Positions 29,573 through 37,503 of a DNA stretch of 64,000 nucleotides are shown here, one piece after another. The position numbers and the translations under genes are program-made. The DNA comes from Bacilli bacterium. Its GTDB lineage: Bacteria; Bacillota_I; Bacilli_A; ML615J-28; CAG-698. The stretch spans positions 96,001 to 160,000 of the forward strand of contig JBMNLZ010000001.1 of the NCBI GenBank assembly GCA_050953065.1, in the 5' to 3' direction. The stretch's first letter is position 1. Each line of letters starts with the position of its first letter. The notes beneath the pieces were generated by a model that was given only the letters and a program-made list of their open reading frames with translations, was not told the DNA's origin and did not search any database.

Positions 29573-29632
29573 ATTTTATCATATAATAAAGAAATTGTAA
29601 ATATTTACAAAATAACCATTTTATGATAAAAT
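29573..29632. promoter_or_regulatory. symmetric back-to-back promoters for rarA (-) and chr-nad operon (+)
   Basis: palindrome TTGTAAATATTTACAA (29595-29610) gives TTTACA -35 on both strands, each 17 nt from a TG-extended TAAAAT. Confidence 0.7.
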
Positions 29633-29666
29633 ATAATGAAATAGTACTATTATTAGGAGATTTGCC

Positions 29667-30275
29667 TTGAAAATATATAAACAATTGTTTTTTACTTTTT
29701 TTAAAATAGGTTTATTCACTTTTGGTGGTGGTTTAGCTATGATTCCTTTTATAAAAAATGAAGTTGTAGATAAAAAAAAGTGGATAACAAGTTCAGAAAT
29801 GATAGATGTTATAGCAATCGCTGAATCAACTCCAGGTGTTTTGGCTGTTAATACTGCATCTTACGTAGGCTATAAAATAGGTAAATTTTGGGGAAGTTTT
29901 TTTTCAACTATTGCTGTAATATTACCTTCTTTAATAGTAATCATTATTATATCTTTATTCATCCAAGATTTTTTAGAAATTCAGTTAGTAAAATATGCTT
30001 TTTATGGAATAAAAGCTGGAGTTACAATTTTAATTTTCAGAGCAGCTTTAATTATTTTTAAAAATGCACCAAAAAGCACTTTTGGATATACTCTTATGAT
30101 TTTTGCCTTTCTATTGACATTATTTAATATTTACCAAAGTATTATTTTAATAATTTCTGGTGCTATAATTGGACTTGGCAGTTATATTATAAGTTTAATT
30201 GAATTTAATTTATTAACAAAGAAAATGAATGAATGTGATTTTTTACCTTGCGAATTTGAAGGAGGTAAAAAATAA
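29667..30275 (+). CDS. short-chain chromate transporter (CHR family), subunit 1
   Basis: FFKIGLFTFGGG, AESTPG; TTG start after SD AGGAG. Confidence 0.9.
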   Translation: MKIYKQLFFTFFKIGLFTFGGGLAMIPFIKNEVVDKKKWITSSEMIDVIAIAESTPGVLAVNTASYVGYKIGKFWGSFFSTIAVILPSLIVIIIISLFIQDFLEIQLVKYAFYGIKAGVTILIFRAALIIFKNAPKSTFGYTLMIFAFLLTLFNIYQSIILIISGAIIGLGSYIISLIEFNLLTKKMNECDFLPCEFEGGKK

Positions 30276-30841
30276 TGCCAATTTTATTAGAGTTATTCTT
30301 AGTTTTTTTTATGATTGGTTTGTTTACAATTGGTGGTGGTTATGCTATGATACCACTAATGGAAAGCGAAACTGTTAGTAGAGGTTGGTTATCATTAGAT
30401 GAATTAATCAAATTTTTTGCTATTGCTGAATCTACACCAGGACCTTTTGCTGTTAATACAGCAACATTAATCGGCTTTCAACAACAAGGAATATTAGGCG
30501 GAATTATTGCTACAACAGGAGTTGTTTTACCATCATTTATAATAATCGTTATAATTGCTAAATACGTGAATCGTTTTATTGAAAATGCATACTTTAACAA
30601 AGCTTTAAGTGGGATTAAAGCAGTAGTTACAGGAATGATTTTTGCAGTAGTTATAGAATTAAGTATTACAAGTGTTTTTTCTAAAGATTTTTTTGAAGAA
30701 GGTTTTGATGTTATTGCACTTTTTATAATGATTGTAATTCTAGTTTTAGTTAGTATTAAAAAGAAATTTAGTCCGATACTTATTATTATAATTTCGGGAG
30801 TTTTAGGAATGATATGCTATTCTTTATGGGGGCTAATATGA
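30275..30841 (+). CDS. short-chain chromate transporter (CHR family), subunit 2
   Basis: IGLFTIGGGYAM, AESTPGPFAVNTAT. Confidence 0.9.
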   Translation: MPILLELFLVFFMIGLFTIGGGYAMIPLMESETVSRGWLSLDELIKFFAIAESTPGPFAVNTATLIGFQQQGILGGIIATTGVVLPSFIIIVIIAKYVNRFIENAYFNKALSGIKAVVTGMIFAVVIELSITSVFSKDFFEEGFDVIALFIMIVILVLVSIKKKFSPILIIIISGVLGMICYSLWGLI

Positions 30842-31734
30842 ACATAATCAATGAAATAAAAAAATTAAAAGAAGAAAAAGATGCTCTTATCCTAGCACAT
30901 TATTATCAATTATCTGAAGTTCAAGATATTGCTGATTATGTTGGAGATTCTTTAGAATTAAGCAAACTTGCTAAAGAGACTAATAAAAAGTTAATTGTTT
31001 TATGTGGAGTGCATTTTATGGCAGAAACTGCTAAAATTTTAGCTTACGATAAAAAAGTATTGTTACCAACTAATGCAGGATGCCCTATGGCAGATACTTT
31101 GAATTATGATAAATTAAAAGAATACAAGGATAATAATCCAAATACTGTAATTGTTGGATATGTTAATACTACAGCAAAATGTAAAACTCTTTTTGATGTT
31201 TGTGTTACTAGTAGTAATGCCTTAAAAATAATTAAGCATTTTAAAGGCAAAAAAATCTTATATGTTCCTGATAAAAATTTAGGGAGTTATGCTAATTATT
31301 TAGATAATCTAAATATGAAATTATGGAATGGTTTTTGTTATATTCATAATAATTTAAAAGTTCAAGATGTAATTCAAAAGAAAAAATTATATCCAGATGC
31401 TTTAGTATTAATACATCCTGAAGCACCGCTTGAAATTTTAAAAATGGCTGATTTTGTTGGAAGTACAAAAGAAATCCTAGAATTTAGTAAACAATCTAAT
31501 GCTAAAAATTTTATTATTGGAACTGAAAAAGGAATAATTCATCAATTAAAGAAAGCTTCTCCACAAAAAAACTTCATATTATTAACAGAAGAACTTGTAT
31601 GTAACAGCATGAAGTTAACAACTTTAGAAGATGTGAAAAATGCTTTAATTAAAGAAGAAATTGAAATTAAAATCGATTTTGAAACAAGGAGTAAAGCTCT
31701 TAAAGCATTAGAAAAAATGTTTGAGCTTAGTTAA
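30838..31734 (+). CDS. nadA: quinolinate synthase
   Basis: ILAHYYQ, CGVHFMAE, GCPMA, CYIH, HPEA, CNSMK; ATGA overlap with chr gene. Confidence 0.96.
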   Translation: MNIINEIKKLKEEKDALILAHYYQLSEVQDIADYVGDSLELSKLAKETNKKLIVLCGVHFMAETAKILAYDKKVLLPTNAGCPMADTLNYDKLKEYKDNNPNTVIVGYVNTTAKCKTLFDVCVTSSNALKIIKHFKGKKILYVPDKNLGSYANYLDNLNMKLWNGFCYIHNNLKVQDVIQKKKLYPDALVLIHPEAPLEILKMADFVGSTKEILEFSKQSNAKNFIIGTEKGIIHQLKKASPQKNFILLTEELVCNSMKLTTLEDVKNALIKEEIEIKIDFETRSKALKALEKMFELS

Positions 31735-31738
31735 AAAT

Positions 31739-33241
31739 ATGTTTAAGAAAAAAACAGATGTCTTAATTTTAGGAGCAGGTCTTAGTGGAATCTATACTGC
31801 TCTAAATATTAATAGTGCTTTAAAAGTTACCATTATAAGCAAAGAAAAGTTAGGTGCCAGTAACTCTTCTCTTGCTCAAGGTGGTATTGCAGGAGAACTT
31901 GAGACTGATGAAAAAGTTCTAGCAAAACATATAGAGGATACTTTAAAGGCAGGAACTGATCTTTTTGAAGGTGATGCTATTAAGGCTTTAGTATATGAGG
32001 CAAAAGAAAACATAGAGGAATTAATAAAAATGGGGGTGCCTTTTGATGTTGATGAAAAGGGACAAATTCTTTTAACAAAAGAAGGGGGGCATTCCTCAAG
32101 AAGAATTTTACATGCTGGTGGTGATGCAACAGGTAAAAATATAATGGATACGTTAAAAAATCACGTACTTTCAAGACAAAATATAGAGATCATTGAAAAT
32201 TATATGGCTTATAATTTAATTTACAAGGATAATGTTTGTTGCGGAGCAAAAATCATTTCTAATGAAAATGATTATGGTTATATTTTTGCAGCAAAAACAG
32301 TAATTGCAACTGGTGGAATTGGTGCAGTTTATAAAGATTCTACTAACTCACATGGAGCAACAGGTGATGGAATAGCAATGTCACATAGAGCAAATGTTCG
32401 AATTAAAGATATGGAATTTGTTCAATTCCATCCTACGGTTTTTTATAATGTTAAAGAAACAACACCAGGTCAAAAATTTTTAATTAGTGAAGCTGTACGT
32501 GGTGAAGGAGCTTACCTGGTTAACAGTGAAGGAATTCGCTTTATGGATAAATATCATGTAGATAAAGAATTAGCTCCTAGAGATATAGTATCTCAAAGTA
32601 TATATAGAGAAATGTATGATACATGGAGTGAATGCGTTTATATTGATGCAAGACATCTAGATAAAGAATATTTGGAAAAAAGATTTCCTACAATTTATTC
32701 AAAATGCTTAGTAAATGGTTTAGATATGAGTAAGGACTTAATTCCAGTTGCTCCTGTTGAACACTTTGGCATAGGTGGTATTGCTATTGATTTAGATGGT
32801 AAAACTTCCATGGAAAATTTATATGCTAATGGTGAATGTGCAAGTTCAGGGGTTCATGGAGCTAATCGACTTGCCAGTAATTCTTTGTTAGAATGTATTG
32901 TATTTGGAAAAAGAATCGCAAATAGTATCAATTCTAGCAAACTACATATAACTGAACTTGAAATTAAAGAACCTTTCATAAATACTAGTAATTTTAGCTA
33001 TCATAATGTTAGAACTGATGTTAGAAATTTAATGGATAAGTATGTAGGAGTTGTTAGAACTAAAGAAGGTCTTGAAATTGCGTTAAATATAATTAATAAA
33101 CATTATGAAAACATTATTAAACATCCTTTTTTAACTTATGATTATTTTAGAGCATTGAATGTAATTACTGTTGCTAAACTAATAACAGAAGCAGCCTTAA
33201 AAAGGGATCAATCTATGGGCTGTCATTATAGAGTAAACTAG
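31739..33241 (+). CDS. nadB: L-aspartate oxidase
   Basis: SSLAQGGIA, EGGHS, QFHPT, SEAVRGEG, HGANRLASNSLLE; exact start uncertain (31721 TTG or 31739 ATG). Confidence 0.95.
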   Translation: MFKKKTDVLILGAGLSGIYTALNINSALKVTIISKEKLGASNSSLAQGGIAGELETDEKVLAKHIEDTLKAGTDLFEGDAIKALVYEAKENIEELIKMGVPFDVDEKGQILLTKEGGHSSRRILHAGGDATGKNIMDTLKNHVLSRQNIEIIENYMAYNLIYKDNVCCGAKIISNENDYGYIFAAKTVIATGGIGAVYKDSTNSHGATGDGIAMSHRANVRIKDMEFVQFHPTVFYNVKETTPGQKFLISEAVRGEGAYLVNSEGIRFMDKYHVDKELAPRDIVSQSIYREMYDTWSECVYIDARHLDKEYLEKRFPTIYSKCLVNGLDMSKDLIPVAPVEHFGIGGIAIDLDGKTSMENLYANGECASSGVHGANRLASNSLLECIVFGKRIANSINSSKLHITELEIKEPFINTSNFSYHNVRTDVRNLMDKYVGVVRTKEGLEIALNIINKHYENIIKHPFLTYDYFRALNVITVAKLITEAALKRDQSMGCHYRVN

Positions 33242-33249
33242 GAGGAAAA

Positions 33250-34083
33250 ATGAACGAAATTATAATTGAAAGAAAAATAGAAGAGAGTATAATTGAAGAT
33301 ATTAATAGTTATGATATTACTACTGACAATATTTTTGATGATAGCTATATTAGTAAGGCATTTTTTCTTGCTAAAGAAGCTGGGGTAATTTCAGGTATTA
33401 ATATTGTTAGAATGGTCTTTTCTATTATAGATAAAAACGTTAAGTTTTGTGCGTTTGTTCATGATGGAGATAAAGTACCAGAAGGCACACTTATTTCAAC
33501 TGTAGAAGGCCCTACTAAATCAATCTTAAAAGGAGAACGAGTAGCATTAAATTTTATTCAACGCATGAGTGGAATTGCTTCCTTAACTTCAATGTATGTT
33601 GATGAAGTGAGTGAATATGATGCTTTAATAGTTGATACTAGGAAAACTACTCCTTTAAATAGAGTTTTTGAAAAACAAGCTGTTAGAGATGGTGGTGGTT
33701 TAAATCACAGGTTTAACTTAAGCGATGGTGTAATGTTGAAAGACAATCATATAAAAGCGATTGGTTCAATTAAGGATGCTGTAAGAAAAGTAAAATCAAA
33801 AGTAGGTTTAATGGTAAAAATTGAGGTTGAAGTTGACAATATTGAAGATTTCAAAGAAGCTCTTGATACTGAAGTTGATATTATTATGTTAGATAATATG
33901 TCAACAGAGGATATGAGAGAGTGTGTTGTATTAAATAACAAGAAAAAAATATTAGAGGCTAGTGGTAACATGACTTTGAGTAGAGTGAAAGAAGTAGCAG
34001 CAACTGGAGTTGATTATATCTCTGTAGGGGCTTTAACTCATTCATTTAAATCATTGGATATTAGTTTAAAATTTGAAAAATAG
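33250..34083 (+). CDS. nadC: quinolinate phosphoribosyltransferase
   Basis: DTRKTTP, NHRFNL, LKDNH, MLDNM, EASG, SVGALTHS. Confidence 0.97.
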   Translation: MNEIIIERKIEESIIEDINSYDITTDNIFDDSYISKAFFLAKEAGVISGINIVRMVFSIIDKNVKFCAFVHDGDKVPEGTLISTVEGPTKSILKGERVALNFIQRMSGIASLTSMYVDEVSEYDALIVDTRKTTPLNRVFEKQAVRDGGGLNHRFNLSDGVMLKDNHIKAIGSIKDAVRKVKSKVGLMVKIEVEVDNIEDFKEALDTEVDIIMLDNMSTEDMRECVVLNNKKKILEASGNMTLSRVKEVAATGVDYISVGALTHSFKSLDISLKFEK

Positions 34084-34092
34084 AGGTGTAAA

Positions 34093-34605
34093 ATGAATTT
34101 AAAAAATTATATCAAAGATATTCCAGATTTTCCAGAAAAAGGTATTTTATTTAGAGATATTACTCCATTATTACAAAGTCCAGAAGCATTACAATATACT
34201 TGCGATGTTTTAGCGGATTATGCTAAAGATAAAGGCGCAGATGTCATAGTAGGTCCAGAATCTAGAGGTTTTATTTTTGGAACACCTGTTGCTTGTAGAA
34301 TAGGTAAAGGTTTCATTCCAGTAAGAAAACCTAATAAACTTCCAAGAGAAACAATAGGTGTTGAATATGATCTTGAATATGGTTCAAACTACCTTTATAT
34401 GCATAAAGATGCAATTACAAAAGGCCAAAAAGTAGTTATAATAGATGACTTGCTTGCTACAGGTGGAACTATTTCTGCAGTAATAGAATTAGTTGAAAAA
34501 TTAGGTGGAATTGTTGTTGGAATAGCGTTTGTTATCGAATTAAAAGATTTAAACGGATATGAAAGATTAAAAAAATATAATGTGTTTTCATTAATCGAAT
34601 ATTAA
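34093..34605 (+). CDS. apt: adenine phosphoribosyltransferase
   Basis: [30 protein letters not shown]. Confidence 0.97.
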   Translation: MNLKNYIKDIPDFPEKGILFRDITPLLQSPEALQYTCDVLADYAKDKGADVIVGPESRGFIFGTPVACRIGKGFIPVRKPNKLPRETIGVEYDLEYGSNYLYMHKDAITKGQKVVIIDDLLATGGTISAVIELVEKLGGIVVGIAFVIELKDLNGYERLKKYNVFSLIEY

Positions 34606-34629
34606 ATGTTATAAAAAGGAGGTTAATAT

Positions 34630-36813
34630 ATGTATTGTCATGTAAATATTGAAAATGTCTTGGCAGAAGCTGAAAAGTACTTAAAACAAGAGAAAAATCT
34701 TGCTTTAATTAAGGAAGCTTATGAGTTTGCAAACCTTAAACATCAAGGTCAATTTCGCATGTCAAATGATCCATATATTCAACATCCTTTAGAAGTTGCT
34801 TTTATGTTGGCTTCATTAAGAACAGGACCAGCAACAATTGTAGCGGGTATTTTACATGATATATTAGAAGATACTGATACAACTAAAGAAGAGTTAGAGG
34901 CAAAATTTGGTTCTGATGTAGCTAATATAGTTGACGGTGTTACAAAAATAGGCCGCTTAAAATATATGACCGAAGCTAAAGTACTAGCTAAAAACCATCA
35001 AAAAATACTTTTAGCTATGGCTAAGGATATAAGGGTTGTAATAGTAAAATTAGTTGATAGAATCCACAATATGAGAACATTAGAATTTCTCCCAGTTGAG
35101 AATCAAAAAAGAATCGCTCAAGAGACTCTTGATTTGTATGCTCCTTTAGCTCATAGAATAGGTATGTATAGAATAAAAGCTGAATTAGAAGATTTAAGTT
35201 TTAAATATTTAAATTATGAAAAATATAAAGAAATTTCAGATTTTATTTTAGAACAAAGAAGTTCTAGAGAAGAAGATTTAAATAAAATGAAAGAACGAAT
35301 AGCTGAAATTTTAAATGATAATGCTATTGGAAAATATGAGTTAAAAGGTCGAGTTAAAAATATTTATAGCGTTTATAAAAAAATGACTCAAAAAAATTTA
35401 ATTTTCGAACAAATATATGATTTGGTTGCGTTAAGAATTATTGTAAAAACTATTGAAGATTGTTATCAAGTATTAGGATTAATTCACGGTGAGTTTTCAC
35501 CACTTCCAGGAAGATTTAAAGATTATATTGCTATGCCTAAGCCAAATCTTTATCAATCTTTACATACAACAATTGTGGGATATTCTGGGAAAATGTATGA
35601 AATTCAAATCAGAACTAAAGAAATGGATGAAGTGGCTGAACTAGGAGTTGCTGCACATTGGGCCTATAAAGAAGAAGCTTCCTTTAACCACGAAAAAGAA
35701 CAAACTGAAATTAGTAACAAGTTAAAGTGGTATAGAGATTTAATGACATATATAGAAATGGGTGAAGGCGCAGACGAAGATCCGTTTGAAAATGTAAGAG
35801 AAGATATCTTTAGTGCAAACGTTTATGTTTTTACACCAAAAGGTGATGTATTTGACTTCCCAACAGGTGCAACTCCGTTAGATTTTGCTTATCGTATTCA
35901 TACAGAGATTGGTAATAAAACAACTGGAGCGATTGTAAACGGAAAAATTGTTCCTTTAACATATAAATTAAAAACTGGTGATGTTGTAGAAATAAAAACA
36001 TCTAAAAATTTTGATGGTCCTAATGAGTCATGGATTAAAATTGTAAAAACTTCACATGCAAAACATAAAATTAATTCTATATTAAATAAAAAGAAAAAAG
36101 ATAATTTAATTTTAAAAGGAAAAGAAGAATTTACTACACATGCAAAAAATGAAAATTATCCTCTAAGTAAATTGGATGATAAGGCTGTATATGATCAATT
36201 TTCAAAATATAATATAACCAATGTTGACGATTTCTTTTTTGAAATTGGAAAAGGAGTATTGTCCGCTAAAGGAGCACTTACTAAATTGATGGGTGGTCCT
36301 GAAAAAATTGATGATGCTGCTTTAATTAAACAATACGAAGAAACATCTGTTAAAAGAAAGAAATTCAATGAATTTGGTATTATTATTGAAGGAATTGACA
36401 AAGCTCCTATTAGATTAGGCAATTGTTGTCATCCTGTGAAGGGTGATAATATAGTTGGTTACATTGCCAAAACTGCAGGAGTTGTAATACACAGAATGGA
36501 ATGTTCAAATGTTAGTAATTTGGATAATGAAAGATTTATTGAAGTAATTTGGGATGATGAATTTACTAAGAAAAACTTTGAAACTGTCTTATATATTATT
36601 TCCTATGATAGAAAGAATATAGTTGCTGAAATTATAAACGTAATTAATAGTTGTACCGTTAATATAGTTTCAATGTCATCAAGCAAAAATAAAGAAGGTG
36701 ATTTACTTACAAAGGTTAAAATCTTAGTGCATGATTTAGAAGGTGTTCAGAATGTGATTTCCAACTTACAAAAGATTCCTGATGTTTTTAGTATTGAAAG
36801 AAAAATAAAGTAG
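34630..36813 (+). CDS. relA: bifunctional (p)ppGpp synthetase/hydrolase Rel
   Basis: HD hydrolase LHDILED, YQSLHT, EIQIRT, TGS and ACT regions. Confidence 0.97.
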   Translation: MYCHVNIENVLAEAEKYLKQEKNLALIKEAYEFANLKHQGQFRMSNDPYIQHPLEVAFMLASLRTGPATIVAGILHDILEDTDTTKEELEAKFGSDVANIVDGVTKIGRLKYMTEAKVLAKNHQKILLAMAKDIRVVIVKLVDRIHNMRTLEFLPVENQKRIAQETLDLYAPLAHRIGMYRIKAELEDLSFKYLNYEKYKEISDFILEQRSSREEDLNKMKERIAEILNDNAIGKYELKGRVKNIYSVYKKMTQKNLIFEQIYDLVALRIIVKTIEDCYQVLGLIHGEFSPLPGRFKDYIAMPKPNLYQSLHTTIVGYSGKMYEIQIRTKEMDEVAELGVAAHWAYKEEASFNHEKEQTEISNKLKWYRDLMTYIEMGEGADEDPFENVREDIFSANVYVFTPKGDVFDFPTGATPLDFAYRIHTEIGNKTTGAIVNGKIVPLTYKLKTGDVVEIKTSKNFDGPNESWIKIVKTSHAKHKINSILNKKKKDNLILKGKEEFTTHAKNENYPLSKLDDKAVYDQFSKYNITNVDDFFFEIGKGVLSAKGALTKLMGGPEKIDDAALIKQYEETSVKRKKFNEFGIIIEGIDKAPIRLGNCCHPVKGDNIVGYIAKTAGVVIHRMECSNVSNLDNERFIEVIWDDEFTKKNFETVLYIISYDRKNIVAEIINVINSCTVNIVSMSSSKNKEGDLLTKVKILVHDLEGVQNVISNLQKIPDVFSIERKIK

Positions 36814-36821
36814 GTGAAAAA

Positions 36822-37268
36822 ATGCGAGTTATATTACAAAGAGTATCTCGAGCATCTGTTAAAGTAGATGATAAAATTGTTGGTTCTATAAAAAACGGTT
36901 TATTATTGTTAGTAGGTGTAACAAAGGATGATGATTATTCAGATGCTGAATATATGGTAAAAAAAATTCTTAATCTACGAATTTTTACAGATGAAAATGA
37001 TAAGATGAATAAATCATTGTTAGATAATAATTTTGAAATATTAAGTATTTCTCAATTTACTTTGTTTGCGAATACTAGCAAAGGAAATCGTCCAAGTTTC
37101 ACTGATGCTGCTCCTCCTGAACACGCCAAAGAAATATATGAATTCTTTAATCAAAAAATTAAAAATATGAAAATAAGAATCGAGACTGGAATCTTTGCAG
37201 CATCTATGCAAGTTGAATTAATAAATGATGGTCCAGTAACGATATTGTTAGATTCAAAAAATAGATAG
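36822..37268 (+). CDS. dtd: D-aminoacyl-tRNA deacylase
   Basis: QRVSRASV, SQFTL, GNRPSF, NDGPVT. Confidence 0.97.
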   Translation: MRVILQRVSRASVKVDDKIVGSIKNGLLLLVGVTKDDDYSDAEYMVKKILNLRIFTDENDKMNKSLLDNNFEILSISQFTLFANTSKGNRPSFTDAAPPEHAKEIYEFFNQKIKNMKIRIETGIFAASMQVELINDGPVTILLDSKNR

Positions 37269-37272
37269 TTTT

Positions 37273-37334
37273 AAAACAGCACTTATTTATTAAGATACAA
37301 TTATAATTGTTCTTAAACAAAAGTGCTGATTTTT
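37273..37334 (+). terminator. long imperfect hairpin after dtd, probable terminator
   Basis: CAGCACTT..TTAAGA.ACAATT/AATTGT.TCTTAA..AAGTGCTG followed by ATTTTT. Confidence 0.6.
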
Positions 37335-37423
37335 ATTATTATATCTAAATATTAACAATTTGAAAGTTTTTATTTCTAAAAAACAACATTTAGAAAAAAT
37401 ATATTCGTTAATTAAAATTTAAC

Positions 37424-37452
37424 TTAACAATTTATGAAAAATGTAGTATAAT
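37424..37452 (+). promoter_or_regulatory. promoter of the three-gene sensor/HEPN/membrane operon
   Basis: TTAACA-17 nt-TATAAT. Confidence 0.6.
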
Positions 37453-37503
37453 AAAGAAGTATATGAGAAAGGAGTATCTCACTTTCTAGTGGGTATAATT
37501 GTT

